The notes: generated by a model not told the origin, from the sequence alone. 64,000 bases of DNA from an uncultured Bacteroidota bacterium (GCA_903847585.1 CAINEC010000162.1:33427-97426), one strand, 5' to 3'. Shown: positions 38,438 to 50,968, counted from the stretch's first letter. Translations and numbers: made by a program.

Positions 38438-39247
38438 ATGAAGAAAGGAATAGCCTTCCTCGTAATGGTTTTGGTGATATCATCATGCAGTAAGTTTCAG
38501 AAGCTTACTAAAAATCCAGATATGGATGCCAAGTATAATGGAGCTGTGAAATACTACGAGAAGAAGGATTATTACCATGCCTTACAACTTTTTGAAGAGC
38601 TTATTTCCGTTTACCGAGGTACTTCAAAAGCAGAAGATTCTTACTACTACTACGCTTATTGTACTTTCTATGTAGATGATTATCAGACGGCGGCGTATTA
38701 TTTCAATAATTTCGTTCAGACATTCCCCAATAGCAAACATGCTGAAGAAGCACAATACATGTTTGCTTACTGTTATTATTTGGATAGTCCTATTTCTAGT
38801 CTTGATCAAACGTCAACGCTTGAGGCCATTGAAAAATTCCAGCTTTTCATTAACCGATATCCTTCGGGAACAAAGGTAGGTGAGGCCAATATTCGCATCG
38901 ATGAATTACGTAAAAAACTGGAAGACAAGTCGTTTGATATTGCAAAATTGTACTACGACATGGAAGAATACAAAGCCTCTGTTGTCGCATTCGAGAACCT
39001 AATAACGAATTATCCGGGGACAGAATACAAAGAAACAGCACTTTTCACGATGTTAAAAGCCCAATTTACTTATGCAGGTATGAGCATCGATTCAAAAAAA
39101 GAGGAGCGATTTAAAAATACTTTAGATATCTATTACAAATTAGTAGATAATTTCCCACAAAGTAGGTATCTTCGCGACGCAGAAAAAATATTCGAAGCGG
39201 CTAAGGCTGAATTGAAAAAGATGGATGCACCAGTAAAAAATTCATAA
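38438..39247 (+). CDS. bamD: outer membrane assembly factor BamD
   Basis: Lipobox ISSC, TPR repeats, LDQT.T..AI..FQLFIN.YP. Confidence 0.92.
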   Translation: MKKGIAFLVMVLVISSCSKFQKLTKNPDMDAKYNGAVKYYEKKDYYHALQLFEELISVYRGTSKAEDSYYYYAYCTFYVDDYQTAAYYFNNFVQTFPNSKHAEEAQYMFAYCYYLDSPISSLDQTSTLEAIEKFQLFINRYPSGTKVGEANIRIDELRKKLEDKSFDIAKLYYDMEEYKASVVAFENLITNYPGTEYKETALFTMLKAQFTYAGMSIDSKKEERFKNTLDIYYKLVDNFPQSRYLRDAEKIFEAAKAELKKMDAPVKNS

Positions 39248-39268
39248 AAACGAAAATTATTCATAAAC

Positions 39269-39592
39269 ATGGCAAACTATAAATCTTCTACCAACACAAC
39301 TGTTACTCGCGACCTGTTGAACTTTGAAGAAAAGACAGGAAACATCTACGAATCAATTGTAGTTTTATCACGTCGTTCAAATCACATCGCAGCAGAGATG
39401 AAAGAAGAATTAACAGATAAATTATCTGAATTCGCTTCTGCAACAGACAACCTAGAAGAGATTTTCGAAAACCGTGAACAAATTGAGATTTCTAAGCACT
39501 ATGAGCGTTTACCAAAGCCAACTTTGGTATCTATTCAGGAGTTTTTAGACGGAAAAATCTATCACAGAAATCCGCTTAAGGATCAAGAATAA
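39269..39592 (+). CDS. rpoZ: RNA polymerase omega subunit (Bacteroidota type)
   Basis: TGNIYESIVV.S.R, ENREQIEISKHYERLPKPT. Between bamD and coaBC. Confidence 0.9.
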   Translation: MANYKSSTNTTVTRDLLNFEEKTGNIYESIVVLSRRSNHIAAEMKEELTDKLSEFASATDNLEEIFENREQIEISKHYERLPKPTLVSIQEFLDGKIYHRNPLKDQE

Positions 39593-39598
39593 TTCATT

Positions 39599-40795
39599 AT
39601 GCGGTTATCCGGTAAAAATATCCTGCTCGGGATTACCGGCAGCATCTCAGCTTATAAATCCGCAGATCTTTGCCGTTTACTAGTAAAAGAAGGAGCGACC
39701 GTTCGTGTTGTAATGACACCATCGGCCACTGAATTTATTAGTCCATTAACACTTTCAACTTTATCAAAAAACACTGTTTTTCATACCATGGTTTCAGAAG
39801 ATGAGACCTGGAATAATCATGTTGAATTAGGTCTTTGGGCCGACTTACTTTTAATTGCACCTGCATCGGCAAACACCATCGCTCATTTTGCAACAGGAAT
39901 TTGCGAATCACTTTTAGATGCGGTTTACTTATCTGCACGTTGTCCCGTAATGATGGCACCAGCCATGGACCATGACATGTATCTGCATGCTTCAACGCAG
40001 GAGAACCTTACTGTTTTAAAAACAAGAGGACATCAAATCGTTGGTCCGGCGCAAGGAGAACTTGCAAGTGGATTAATAGGAGAGGGCCGCTTGGTTGAAC
40101 CTGCAGACATTGTTACTGAGGTAGTGAATTTCCTTTATGCTGATTTACCACTTCGTGGAAAGAAAATAATTGTGACTGCTGGACCTACTCGCGAAGCTAT
40201 TGATCCAGTAAGATACATTAGCAATCATTCGACAGGTAAAATGGGGATTGCCATTGCAAAAGAATTAGTGGCTAATGGTGCTGATGTTATTCTTGTATTA
40301 GGACCAGTGGCTATAGATATCCCGAGAGGAGTTTCGGTAATTCCAGTTAGTAGTGCTTCCGACATGTACAAGGCTGTAATGGATAATTTTGAAGATGCTA
40401 CAGGAGCGGTCTTAACTGCTGCAGTAGCTGATTATACTCCGGAAGTCACTTCAAGTACGAAAATAAAAAAGTCGGATAATGATATGAATCTTGCATTGGT
40501 GAAAACAAAAGACATCGCTGCAAGTGTGGGACAGATTAAAAAAGCTGATCAGTTTTTAGTTGGATTTGCACTGGAAACAAACGACGAAATAAATAATGCA
40601 AAGAATAAATTAAAATCGAAGAATTTAGATTTAATTATCTTAAATTCGCTTAACGATGAAGGAGCTGGTTTTGGTGCCGATACGAATAAAATTACATTCA
40701 TCAGTAATACTGAAACAACAGAACTTCCGTTAAAATTAAAATCTGATTTAGCAAAAGACATAGTAAACAAAATAAAAGAGTTGGTGCATGCGTAA
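39599..40795 (+). CDS. coaBC: phosphopantothenoylcysteine decarboxylase/ligase
   Basis: GITGSISAYK, PASANT, PAMD, TAGPTREAIDPVRYISNHSTGKMG and GFALET. Confidence 0.96.
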   Translation: MRLSGKNILLGITGSISAYKSADLCRLLVKEGATVRVVMTPSATEFISPLTLSTLSKNTVFHTMVSEDETWNNHVELGLWADLLLIAPASANTIAHFATGICESLLDAVYLSARCPVMMAPAMDHDMYLHASTQENLTVLKTRGHQIVGPAQGELASGLIGEGRLVEPADIVTEVVNFLYADLPLRGKKIIVTAGPTREAIDPVRYISNHSTGKMGIAIAKELVANGADVILVLGPVAIDIPRGVSVIPVSSASDMYKAVMDNFEDATGAVLTAAVADYTPEVTSSTKIKKSDNDMNLALVKTKDIAASVGQIKKADQFLVGFALETNDEINNAKNKLKSKNLDLIILNSLNDEGAGFGADTNKITFISNTETTELPLKLKSDLAKDIVNKIKELVHA

Positions 40796-41693
40796 AATTT
40801 TATTTCTATTCTTATTTTTTTTATCCTCCACAACTATTTTCGCTCAGGAATTTACGTGTCAGGTGAACGTACTTACACCTAGAATTCAAAGCTCTGATAA
40901 GAAAATTTATACGACGCTTCAAACTGCTATTTATGAGTTCATGAATAACACGCGTTGGACAAACGATAAATTTAAAGCGGAAGAAAAAATCGAGTGTTCT
41001 ATTCAGATAGAGATTACAGAGCGCGTGTCAACAGATGAATTTAAAGGATCTATTCAAGTATCAGCACGTCGTCCCGTTTTCGGTACATCATATAATTCAC
41101 CTTTGATTAATTATAAGGACGATGATTTCACATTTCGTTATGTTGAATTTCAAACCTTAGACTATGCTGGTGAAGCTGGAAGAAATCCGAATTTGGTTTC
41201 AGTACTCGCTTTCTATGCAAATATTATTTTAGGATTAGATTACGATTCTTATTCCAAATATGGTGGAGGAGAGTATTTTGCAAAAGCTCAATCTATCGTA
41301 GCAAATAGTACCAATGCATCGGAGCCAGGATGGAAAGCATTTGAGGCTAACCGTAACCGTTATTGGTTATGTGAGAATATTAATAATCCTATTTACAAGC
41401 CTATTCGTGCTTTGTACTATGATTTCCATCGTAAAGGATTAGATACCATGTCGAAGACCAGAGATGAATCGATTCGTACATGTGCTGACGCAATAGAAAA
41501 TGTAAGAAGAGTTCATAATGACAAGCCTCAGTCTGTTTTTATGAAAACTTTATTCGATGCTAAAGCAGATGAAGTAGTAAATATTTTTTCAGGTGCATCG
41601 GGAGATATTAAATCGAATATGGTTTTAATATTATCTGAGATAGACCCTTCGAACGCTACAAAGTATAATAAAATTCAAACTGGCGGTAATTAA
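40788..41693 (+). CDS. porD: DUF4835 family protein (PorD)
   Basis: Signal peptide, QEF.C.V, RPVFGTSY.S, GLDYDSY. Located between coaBC and recN. Confidence 0.8.
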   Translation: MRKILFLFLFFLSSTTIFAQEFTCQVNVLTPRIQSSDKKIYTTLQTAIYEFMNNTRWTNDKFKAEEKIECSIQIEITERVSTDEFKGSIQVSARRPVFGTSYNSPLINYKDDDFTFRYVEFQTLDYAGEAGRNPNLVSVLAFYANIILGLDYDSYSKYGGGEYFAKAQSIVANSTNASEPGWKAFEANRNRYWLCENINNPIYKPIRALYYDFHRKGLDTMSKTRDESIRTCADAIENVRRVHNDKPQSVFMKTLFDAKADEVVNIFSGASGDIKSNMVLILSEIDPSNATKYNKIQTGGN

Positions 41694-41716
41694 TTTTTAG
41701 GTTAAGAACTGTTACA

Positions 41717-43381
41717 ATGCTAAAGAGATTATTTGTTAAGAATTATATTCTGATTGATGAACTTGATATTTCCTTCGATAAGGGAATGTCGGTCATAACC
41801 GGTGAGACAGGCGCGGGTAAATCAATTCTTTTGGGTGCATTGGAATTAATTCTCGGACAAAGAGCTGACTCTGGAACTTTGTTACATAAAAAGACTAAGT
41901 GTATTATTGAAGGGACCTTTCAACTTTCTAAAGATGCTTATGCTGATTTCTTTGAAAAGAATGATCTAGATTTTGAAAGCGAGACACATATCAGAAGAGA
42001 AATAACTCCCGAAGGTAAATCGCGTGCATTTATCAATGATTCCCCTGTCAATCTTGCGACCCTAAAAGAGCTTACGCAGCAACTGGTAGATATCCATTCG
42101 CAACATGAAACAATGTTGTTAAACTCTGGAGCATTTCAGTTGCAGTTGGTCGATGCATACGCTAAGAACAGTAAATATCTCGTAAATTATAAAAGTCTTT
42201 TTTCAAAACTAAAAAGTGAAAAACAACAACTTGAAACGTTAAAAGAATTAGAAGCAAAAGGGAAAGCTGACCTCGACTATTTCAATTTTCAATTAACGGA
42301 GTTAGGAGAAGCACTTTTAAAAAATCCTGATGAACAATCGCAGCTTGAACAAGATCTTGAAAAACTTGAAAATGCGGAAGAAATAAAGGAGAAATTATTC
42401 AGTGCTTATCAGAGTATAAATGGTGGAGAAGTCACCTTGCTTTCAAATTTAAAATCATGCGCTTCTCAATTACAGTCATTGATAAAATTTGATGTGAGGT
42501 ATCAAGAATTCTACAATCGCTTAAACAGCAGTTGTGTGGAACTGAAAGACATTGCCGACGAATTAGAAGATGCAGCCAATGATATCAATTCCGATAGCCA
42601 ACAATTACAAATTATTACAGATCGACTAAATCTCATTTATCGCTTGCAGCAAAAACACCGAGTGAGTAGCGTGCAAGAGTTGATGAATATTGAATCAGAT
42701 TTGGCGGAAAAAGTAACGAACATTGGCTCTTTACAAGATAAAATTGAAAGCATCGAAAAGCAACTTATCGTTCTTAATAAAGAATTAATTGCCAGTGCAG
42801 ATGTTTTAAGTGCCAACAGAAAAAAAGCCATTCCGAAGATTGAGACAGAGATTAATAAAATGTTGGTGGAAGTAGCAATGTCTGCCGCATCCATTAAAAT
42901 TGAATGTCTCGATTTATCAATTGAGGATTTTAATAGTGAGGGAGCTAACCAGATTAAGTTCTTGTTTTCTGCGAATAAAGGTGGAACACATAAAGAGATT
43001 AGCAAAGTGGCTTCTGGTGGTGAGTTATCCCGTTTGATGCTTTGCATAAAAGCCATGATGGCAGAATTATCGGATATGCCAACCGTTATATTTGATGAAA
43101 TTGACACTGGAATATCAGGTGAAACTGCAGCTAAGGTGGGAGGTATTGTAAAGAAAATGGCCGAAAATCACCAGGTGATTGCCATTACCCATTTACCGCA
43201 AATGGCTGGAAAAGGACATCATCATTACTTTGTTTACAAGACGGAAGGAAAGGACAAAACACATACATCCCTTAAATTACTGAATGATAGCGAAAGAATC
43301 CAGGAAATTGCAAGGATGCTATCTGGCGAACAATTGACCGATGCGGCAATTGATAATGCAAAAGCATTGATCGCCAACTAA
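41717..43381 (+). CDS. recN: DNA repair protein RecN
   Basis: TGETGAGKS, ASGGELSR, FDEIDTG, ITHLPQ and EIARMLSG. Confidence 0.96.
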   Translation: MLKRLFVKNYILIDELDISFDKGMSVITGETGAGKSILLGALELILGQRADSGTLLHKKTKCIIEGTFQLSKDAYADFFEKNDLDFESETHIRREITPEGKSRAFINDSPVNLATLKELTQQLVDIHSQHETMLLNSGAFQLQLVDAYAKNSKYLVNYKSLFSKLKSEKQQLETLKELEAKGKADLDYFNFQLTELGEALLKNPDEQSQLEQDLEKLENAEEIKEKLFSAYQSINGGEVTLLSNLKSCASQLQSLIKFDVRYQEFYNRLNSSCVELKDIADELEDAANDINSDSQQLQIITDRLNLIYRLQQKHRVSSVQELMNIESDLAEKVTNIGSLQDKIESIEKQLIVLNKELIASADVLSANRKKAIPKIETEINKMLVEVAMSAASIKIECLDLSIEDFNSEGANQIKFLFSANKGGTHKEISKVASGGELSRLMLCIKAMMAELSDMPTVIFDEIDTGISGETAAKVGGIVKKMAENHQVIAITHLPQMAGKGHHHYFVYKTEGKDKTHTSLKLLNDSERIQEIARMLSGEQLTDAAIDNAKALIAN

Positions 43382-43425
43382 GATTTCAAATATTTAAACT
43401 ACTTTTGACCCATAAAATAAATACT

Positions 43426-44241
43426 ATGGCTACTAACCTTTTAAAAGGAAAAAGAGGAATTATTTTCGGAGCATTGGACCCTAATTCAATTGCTTGGAAA
43501 GTTGCTGAACGCTGTCATGAAGAAGGAGCAACATTTACTTTAACAAATGCACCAGTTGCATTAAGAATGGGTGCAATTAACGAGCTTGCTACAAAATGTA
43601 ATGCTCAGGTGATTGGTGCAGATGCAACAAGCATTGAAGATTTAGAAAACTTATTTACTAAGTCGCAAGAAATATTAGGTGGTAAAATCGATTTCGTATT
43701 ACACTCAATTGGTATGTCGCCTAATGTTCGTAAAGGAAGAACCTACACTGATTTAGACTACGATTATTACCATAAAACAGTTGATATTTCTGCAATGTCG
43801 TTACACAAAACACTTCAAACTGCGATGCGTTTAGACGCTATTTCAGAATGGGGTAGTGTAGTTGCTTTATCATACATTGCTGCTCAACGCGTATTCCCTG
43901 ATTACGGTGATATGGCGGATGCTAAATCGTTATTAGAAAGCATCACACGTAGCTTTGGATATCACTATGGAAAAGCAAAGAAAGTTCGTATCAATACGAT
44001 TTCTCAGTCGCCAACTAAAACAACAGCTGGACAAGGAGTAAAAGGATTTGATGGATTTTATAATTATGCCGATGCAATGTCGCCATTAGGAAATGCAAGT
44101 GCTGAAGCTTGTGCTGATTATTGCTTGACCATGTTTAGTGATTATACTAAGATGGTAACTATGCAGAATTTATTTCACGATGGTGGATTCTCATTTGCAG
44201 GAGTTAGCAATGAAGTAATGGAGAAGTTTTCTGAACAATAA
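43426..44241 (+). CDS. fabI: enoyl-ACP reductase
   Basis: GKRGIIFGAL..NSIAW, LHSIGMS, YIAAQR.FPDY.DM..AK and QNLFHDGG. TACTTTTG at 43400-43407. Confidence 0.92.
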   Translation: MATNLLKGKRGIIFGALDPNSIAWKVAERCHEEGATFTLTNAPVALRMGAINELATKCNAQVIGADATSIEDLENLFTKSQEILGGKIDFVLHSIGMSPNVRKGRTYTDLDYDYYHKTVDISAMSLHKTLQTAMRLDAISEWGSVVALSYIAAQRVFPDYGDMADAKSLLESITRSFGYHYGKAKKVRINTISQSPTKTTAGQGVKGFDGFYNYADAMSPLGNASAEACADYCLTMFSDYTKMVTMQNLFHDGGFSFAGVSNEVMEKFSEQ

Positions 44242-44260
44242 TTAAAATATTAGTCCAAAT

Positions 44261-44290
44261 AAAAAGAGCGACCATTTGGCCGCTCTTTTT
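44261..44290. terminator. bidirectional intrinsic terminator
   Basis: AAAAAGAGCGACCA-TT-TGGCCGCTCTTTTT. Confidence 0.85.
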
Positions 44291-44307
44291 ATTTTATTCA
44301 AATCTGA

Positions 44308-46845
44308 TTAAGACTCTTCTTTTTTCTTTTTCGAAGTTTTACCAGGCTTCACAATATTAATCTTAAGATGATCTAATTCTGCTTCGTGTGTTAGTTCAAG
44401 CGTATCGCCTTCCACTAATTCACCTTTGATGATTTCTTCAGCCATTGGATCTTCAATATACTTTTGAATTGCACGCTTTAAAGGACGAGCCCCGTAGCTG
44501 GAATCATAACCTCTGTCAGTTAAGAATTCTTTTGCTTCATCCGTTAATTTTAATTTATATCCTAATTCATTAACGCGCTTGAACAATCCTGATAATTCAA
44601 TATCAATAATCTTGAAGATATCTTCTTTAGTAAGGCTATTAAACATTACTACGTCATCAATACGATTTAAGAATTCAGGAGCAAATGCTTTCTTCAATGA
44701 ACTTTCGATTACGCTCTTTGCATGCTCATCAGACTGACTAGAACGTGCTGTTGTATTAAATCCAACTCCTTGTCCGAATTCTTTCAACTGGCGAGAACCA
44801 ATATTAGAAGTCATGATGATAATCGTGTTCTTGAAATCAATCTTACGACCAAGGCTATCTGTCAACTGACCATCGTCTAATACCTGAAGTAATAAGTTGA
44901 ATACATCTGGATGGGCTTTTTCAATCTCATCTAACAATACGATAGAGTATGGCTTACGACGTACTTTTTCTGTCAACTGACCACCTTCTTCATATCCAAC
45001 GTATCCCGGAGGCGCTCCAATTAAACGAGACACCGCAAATTTTTCCATGTACTCGCTCATATCGATGCGGATTAATGCATCTTCAGTGTCGAATAAATAT
45101 CTACTTAATACTTTTGCTAATTCTGTTTTACCAACTCCAGTAGGACCAAGGAAAATGAATGTTCCGATTGGCTTGTTAGGATCTTTTAATCCTGCGCGAT
45201 TACGCTGAATAGCTTTCACTACTTTCTTAACCGCTTCATCTTGTCCAATTACTTTACCTTTCAATTCATCTGGCATCTTTAATAGACGAGCTGTTTCCGC
45301 TTGAGCGATACGCGTAACTGGAATTCCACTCATCATCGCAACAACATTTGCGACATCTTCAACATCTACTGTATAACGTTGCGTTTTTGTTTCTTCTTCC
45401 CAAGCCTTTTTAGCAGCTTCAAGTTGCTCGATTAATTGCTTTTCAGTATCACGTAAGCGAGCAGCCTCTTCGTACTTCTGACTACGAACTACACGATTTT
45501 TCTCCTGCTTAATATCTGAAACTTTATTTTCTAAATCGATAATATTTTGAGGAACGTGAATATTCGAAATATGCACACGAGAACCAGCCTCATCTAAAGC
45601 GTCAATTGCTTTATCTGGAAGGAAACGATCGGTGATATAACGGCTAGTTAACTTAACACAAGCATCAATTGCAGCAGGAGTATAGTTAACGTGGTGATGT
45701 TCTTCGTAACGTTCTTTGATATTATTTAAAATCTGAACTGTTTCATCTACGGAAGTAGGATCAACAATTACCTTTTGAAAACGACGGTCTAACGCTCCAT
45801 CTTTCTCAATATACTGACGATACTCGTCAAGTGTAGTAGCACCGATACATTGAATTTCGCCACGTGCTAATGCTGGTTTAAACATGTTAGATGCATCTAA
45901 TGAACCTGAAGCTCCACCAGCACCAATAATCGTATGAATCTCATCGATGAATAAAATTACATCAGGCGATTTTTCAAGCTCATTCATAACTGCTTTCATA
46001 CGCTCTTCAAACTGACCGCGGTATTTTGTACCGGCAACTAAAGAGGCAAGATCTAAAGTAACGATGCGCTTATTAAATAAAACACGAGAAACTTTACGTT
46101 GAATGATGCGAAGGGCTAAACCTTCTGCAATTGCTGACTTACCAACTCCTGGCTCGCCAATTAAAATTGGGTTGTTCTTTTTACGACGAGAAAGAATCTG
46201 CGATACACGCTCGATTTCTTTTTCGCGACCAACGATAGGGTCAAGTTTACCTTCTTCAGCGGCTTTCGTTAAGTCGCGACCGAAGTTGTCTAGTACCGGA
46301 GTTTTCGACTTACTATCAGTTGTTTTTTTAGTTTGTCCGAATGATGGACCTTCATCATCCTTTGAATAAGGATCATCATCACCTGATTGAGGTGACTCGG
46401 AACGGATGTTCGATTTGAACATGTCTAGTTCTTCACGCATAATGTCGTAGGTTACGCCAAACTGATTTAGGATTTGAGTAGCAATATTGTCTTCGTCTTT
46501 TAAAATTGCTAGCAACAAATGTTCTGTCCCAATGATTTCAGATTTGAAAATTTTAGCTTCCAAATAAGTAATCTTAAGCGCCTTTTCAGCTTGCTTGGTT
46601 AAAGGAATATTAGTTAGATTATTAGAGGTCGTTGTGTTGCCTTTTACAGCGTTTTCAACAGACTTACGAAGTTCGACAAGGTTAATACTAAGGGATTTTA
46701 AAAATTTAATGGCCATTCCTTCTCCCTCGCGGATAAGCCCTAATAACAAATGCTCAGTGCCTATATATTCATGGCCTAAACGTAATGCTTCTTCTCGGCT
46801 AAAGGAGATAACATCTTTTACTCTCGGAGAAAATTTTGCTTCCAT
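44308..46845 (-). CDS. clpC: ATP-dependent Clp protease ATPase subunit ClpC
   Basis: Clp N repeats, two AAA+ modules ([16 protein letters not shown]), UVR motif and VGF loop. Confidence 0.96.
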   Translation of the reverse strand: MEAKFSPRVKDVISFSREEALRLGHEYIGTEHLLLGLIREGEGMAIKFLKSLSINLVELRKSVENAVKGNTTTSNNLTNIPLTKQAEKALKITYLEAKIFKSEIIGTEHLLLAILKDEDNIATQILNQFGVTYDIMREELDMFKSNIRSESPQSGDDDPYSKDDEGPSFGQTKKTTDSKSKTPVLDNFGRDLTKAAEEGKLDPIVGREKEIERVSQILSRRKKNNPILIGEPGVGKSAIAEGLALRIIQRKVSRVLFNKRIVTLDLASLVAGTKYRGQFEERMKAVMNELEKSPDVILFIDEIHTIIGAGGASGSLDASNMFKPALARGEIQCIGATTLDEYRQYIEKDGALDRRFQKVIVDPTSVDETVQILNNIKERYEEHHHVNYTPAAIDACVKLTSRYITDRFLPDKAIDALDEAGSRVHISNIHVPQNIIDLENKVSDIKQEKNRVVRSQKYEEAARLRDTEKQLIEQLEAAKKAWEEETKTQRYTVDVEDVANVVAMMSGIPVTRIAQAETARLLKMPDELKGKVIGQDEAVKKVVKAIQRNRAGLKDPNKPIGTFIFLGPTGVGKTELAKVLSRYLFDTEDALIRIDMSEYMEKFAVSRLIGAPPGYVGYEEGGQLTEKVRRKPYSIVLLDEIEKAHPDVFNLLLQVLDDGQLTDSLGRKIDFKNTIIIMTSNIGSRQLKEFGQGVGFNTTARSSQSDEHAKSVIESSLKKAFAPEFLNRIDDVVMFNSLTKEDIFKIIDIELSGLFKRVNELGYKLKLTDEAKEFLTDRGYDSSYGARPLKRAIQKYIEDPMAEEIIKGELVEGDTLELTHEAELDHLKINIVKPGKTSKKKKEES

Positions 46846-47162
46846 GGTGTTTTTTAATTTCGGTTTTTTAACGGACAGTTTTTAAAAAGGTTTTGGTTTT
46901 ATTTGGCCTAAACGATTTATTTCAAAAATCATTTTAATTTTTCAAATTTCAACAACCACTTAACCATTTTTTATCACCAATTTTTATAGCCGTTTTTGTT
47001 AATAATTACTCTTGATTTTGCTCAAAAATATGCTTCCATTTAATTAACTTCGTGGCTTATCGTTGGGGATTTATCAACATTCTTATTAATAGCTATAAAC
47101 AGCTGTTTTTCAACGGTATTTCGTTACTAACAAAAACAATTAAAAACAACTTATAAAAACCA

Positions 47163-49772
47163 ATGGCTGAAGGCGAAAAGATTATTCGAATTAATATCGA
47201 AGATGAAATGAAGACGGCATACATCGACTACTCGATGTCTGTTATTGTGTCACGTGCATTACCTGATGTAAGAGATGGATTAAAACCTGTACATCGTCGT
47301 GTGTTATTCGGAATGCAGGAACTAGGAGTGATGTCCAACCGCCCTTATAAAAAGTCGGCGAGAATTGTAGGAGAGGTACTAGGAAAGTACCATCCACATG
47401 GTGACAGTTCTGTTTATGATACGATGGTTCGTATGGCCCAGGAATGGTCTTTACGTTATACTTTAGTAGATGGACAAGGAAACTTTGGATCTGTAGATGG
47501 AGATAGTCCTGCAGCTATGCGTTATACTGAGGCAAGATTAAAGAAGATTGCTGAGGAGATGTTGAATGATATTGACAAGGATACAGTTGATTTTCGTTTG
47601 AACTTCGATGATACCTTGGAAGAGCCAACCGTTTTACCTGCTAAAATTCCTAATCTTTTAGTAAATGGTGCGGCTGGTATTGCAGTAGGTATGGCTACAA
47701 ATATGGCTCCGCATAACTTAACGGAAGTTTTACATGCCATTATCGCTTATATCGACAATAAAGATATTACGATTGAGGAGTTGATGAAGTTTGTAAAGGC
47801 TCCTGATTTCCCTACTGGTGGAATTATTTACGGATATACGGGTGTGAAGGATGCATTAGAGACGGGTAGAGGACGTATCGTTATTCGCGCAAAAGCTATT
47901 ATTGAGAATTTAGATAATGGTCGTGAGCGTATTATTGTAACAGAAATCCCTTATCAGGTTAATAAGGCGGAAATGATTAAGAAAACCGCTGATTTGATTA
48001 ACGAGAAGAAGATTGAAGGAATCTCCGATATTCGTGATGAGTCCGATCGTGATGGTATGCGCGTCGTTTATGAAATTAAGCGCGATGCAATGGCCAATGT
48101 GGTTTTAAACAACCTTTATAAGTACACCGATTTACAAAATTCTTTTAGCGTAAATAATATTGCCTTAGTTGGTGGCCGTCCAATGATGTTAAATCTTAGA
48201 GATTTAATTCATCATTATGTGGAGCATCGTCATGAGGTTTTAATCCGCAAGACGCGCTACGAATTAGCGGAAGCTGAAAAGAGAGCACATATCTTAGAAG
48301 GTTTATTAATTGCCTTAGACCACTTAGATGAGGTAATCGCTTTAATTCGTAAGTCGCAAACTCCAGATGAAGCAAAATCTGGCTTAATGACTAATTTCCA
48401 ATTGAGCGAGATTCAATCGAAGGCTATCCTTGAAATGCGTTTACAGCGTTTAACAGGATTAGAGCGCGACAAAATCCGTGATGAGTACGCTGAAATCATG
48501 AAGATGATTGAGAATTTCAAGGCAATTCTTGCTGATGAAGGCTTGAGAATGACCATCTTAAAAGGCGAAATGAATGAAATGCTGGAGAAGTATGGTGATG
48601 AAAGAAGAACAGAAATCGTTTATATGGCAGATGATATCTCTATGGAAGATATGATTGCTGATGAAGCGGTGGTTGTAACGATTTCACATCTTGGATATAT
48701 CAAGAGAACTCCACTAAATGAGTACCGCACGCAAAGCAGAGGTGGAAAAGGAGCGATGGGAACGGCGACACGTGATGAAGACTTTGTTGAACACTTGTTT
48801 GTGGCGACCAACCATAACTACTTATTGTTATTTACTGAAAAAGGTAAGTGCTTCTGGCTACGAATATTTGAAATTCCGGAAGGAACCAAAACATCGAAAG
48901 GCCGTGCTCTTCAAAACCTAATCAATATTTCAGCAGATGATAAGGTGAGAGCGTTCGTAAACGTAAACAACTTAGACCAGGAAGACTACCTGAATAACAA
49001 CTATATCATCCTTTGTACAAAAGAAGGTACGATCAAAAAGACGCAATTAGAAGCTTATTCTCGTCCGCGTCAGAATGGTATTAATGCAATCACGATTAAT
49101 GAAGGAGATGAGTTATTAGAAGCAAGATTGACTAACGGAACCAACGAAATTTTATTAGCAGTGAAGTCGGGTAGAGCAATTCGCTTTAACGAAAGCACTG
49201 TTCGTCCAATGGGCCGTAATGCTGCCGGAGTTCGTGGGGTATCGTTTGATGAGGCAAATGATGAGGTAATCGGAATGGTTTGTATATCCGACCAAAATAA
49301 AGAGACCATTTTAGTCGTTTCAGAAAAAGGCTACGGAAAGCGATCAGATATCGAAGATTATCGCGTTACTAACCGTGGTGGAAAAGGTGTTAAAACGCTT
49401 CAAGTGACTGAAAAAACGGGAAATCTGGTAGGCATTAAATCGGTAGTTGATGGCGATGAGTTAATGATTATCACCAAAAATGGTATCACCATCCGTATGT
49501 CGGTAAACGATTTAAGGGTAATGGGTCGTGCGACTCAAGGTGTTAAAGTAATCAAGTTGGGCGATGATGACGATATCGCTTCAGTTGCTAAAATTGAAGA
49601 AAGCGTTTTAGCGGCGGAAGGGCAAACTGAAAATGGAGAAGACATAATCGCGGTTGTTACAGAAGATGGAACAACTTCGGAAACTGCTCCAAATGAGGAG
49701 TCAGCACCTGAATCGAGTGATAATCCAACAGAAAACAACGATAATAATCCAGAAGAAAATACTGAAATCTAA
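47163..49772 (+). CDS. gyrA: DNA gyrase subunit A
   Basis: [17 protein letters not shown], GyrA-box QSRGGKG and an acidic tail. Confidence 0.98.
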   Translation: MAEGEKIIRINIEDEMKTAYIDYSMSVIVSRALPDVRDGLKPVHRRVLFGMQELGVMSNRPYKKSARIVGEVLGKYHPHGDSSVYDTMVRMAQEWSLRYTLVDGQGNFGSVDGDSPAAMRYTEARLKKIAEEMLNDIDKDTVDFRLNFDDTLEEPTVLPAKIPNLLVNGAAGIAVGMATNMAPHNLTEVLHAIIAYIDNKDITIEELMKFVKAPDFPTGGIIYGYTGVKDALETGRGRIVIRAKAIIENLDNGRERIIVTEIPYQVNKAEMIKKTADLINEKKIEGISDIRDESDRDGMRVVYEIKRDAMANVVLNNLYKYTDLQNSFSVNNIALVGGRPMMLNLRDLIHHYVEHRHEVLIRKTRYELAEAEKRAHILEGLLIALDHLDEVIALIRKSQTPDEAKSGLMTNFQLSEIQSKAILEMRLQRLTGLERDKIRDEYAEIMKMIENFKAILADEGLRMTILKGEMNEMLEKYGDERRTEIVYMADDISMEDMIADEAVVVTISHLGYIKRTPLNEYRTQSRGGKGAMGTATRDEDFVEHLFVATNHNYLLLFTEKGKCFWLRIFEIPEGTKTSKGRALQNLINISADDKVRAFVNVNNLDQEDYLNNNYIILCTKEGTIKKTQLEAYSRPRQNGINAITINEGDELLEARLTNGTNEILLAVKSGRAIRFNESTVRPMGRNAAGVRGVSFDEANDEVIGMVCISDQNKETILVVSEKGYGKRSDIEDYRVTNRGGKGVKTLQVTEKTGNLVGIKSVVDGDELMIITKNGITIRMSVNDLRVMGRATQGVKVIKLGDDDDIASVAKIEESVLAAEGQTENGEDIIAVVTEDGTTSETAPNEESAPESSDNPTENNDNNPEENTEI

Positions 49773-49802
49773 ACTTTAGCTAAAATTCATAAAACAATCT
49801 AA

Positions 49803-50954
49803 ATGAAAAAGTTATCTAAAATATTTGCATTACTAATTTTTGTCGGATTCAACTCATTTGCTCAAAAAGCGGAGTTGCAATCTGCAATGAACTACGTTAA
49901 ATGGAACGATTTAGAAAAAGCAAAAACTTCCATTGACAATTGTACAGCCAACGAATCGACCATGGGTATGGCGAAGACTTGGTACTGGAGCGGTTTTATA
50001 TACCAAGCAATTGCTGACAGCAAAGATGAGAAGTTAGCAGCGTTAAAACCAGGAGCATTGGAGCAGGCATTAAAATCCTACAAAAAAGCATTGGAACTAG
50101 ACGTCAAATCAAATGATTACACGCAAGAGATCACTGATAAAATGCGAAATATAGCCTATAACTATATGGAGCAAGGTATCACTAACTTCCAGGAAAAGAA
50201 GTACGAAGATGCTTTGAAGAACTTCGAGATCGGTATAGCGGTTAAGAAAGATTTCTTTAATCAGACGGATACAAACGGTATAAACAACTGCGCTTTGTCA
50301 GCTTATAAGTCGGGCCAGTACGCTAAAGCAGCGTTATATTACAATCAAGTAATCAGTTTAAATGCTGGCGATGCAAGAACTTTTATGGCATTATCGAGCA
50401 CGTATTTAAATCAAAATGATACAACATCAGCATTAAAAGCATTAGGCCAAGGAATTTCGAAATACCCTCAGGATAAGGACCTTGCGAGTCGTCAATTCAA
50501 CTTATACTTGATAAGCGGGAAAGCAAGTGAGGCGTATGTAGAGGCTGAAAAATCAATTCAATTAGACCCAACAAACGCTAATTTATACCTTAATAAAGGA
50601 ATCTTAGCTGAACAATTGAATAAACCAGAAGACGCAGAAGCATCTTACAAGAAAGCTATTGAGTTAAATCCTGGATTATTTGATGCTCAATACAATATGG
50701 GAACTTTCTATTACAATCAAGGGGTAGAAATGAACCGTAAGGCCAATGACATTAAAGACAATAAGAAGTACGAAGCAGCTAAGAAACAAGCTGACGAGAA
50801 GTTCAAAGTAGCATTGCCATATTTAGAGAAAGCATTTGAGCTTAACAGAAAAGATACTGGCGTTTTACAATCACTGAAAGTGTTGTATTCTAGAGCAGGG
50901 AATCAGGAGAAAGTGAACATGATTAACAAGGCGATCGAAGAAGCCAAGAAATAA
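49803..50954 (+). CDS. exported tetratricopeptide repeat protein
   Basis: Signal peptide and multiple TPR repeats (YKKALELD, YKKAIELNP, YLEKAFEL). Confidence 0.88.
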   Translation: MKKLSKIFALLIFVGFNSFAQKAELQSAMNYVKWNDLEKAKTSIDNCTANESTMGMAKTWYWSGFIYQAIADSKDEKLAALKPGALEQALKSYKKALELDVKSNDYTQEITDKMRNIAYNYMEQGITNFQEKKYEDALKNFEIGIAVKKDFFNQTDTNGINNCALSAYKSGQYAKAALYYNQVISLNAGDARTFMALSSTYLNQNDTTSALKALGQGISKYPQDKDLASRQFNLYLISGKASEAYVEAEKSIQLDPTNANLYLNKGILAEQLNKPEDAEASYKKAIELNPGLFDAQYNMGTFYYNQGVEMNRKANDIKDNKKYEAAKKQADEKFKVALPYLEKAFELNRKDTGVLQSLKVLYSRAGNQEKVNMINKAIEEAKK

Positions 50955-50968
50955 AGCAATTACTTCAT

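Noticed and set aside
49600-49772. Low-complexity acidic tail of GyrA
   Set aside because: Acidic GyrA tails are common and this is not a DNA repeat element.
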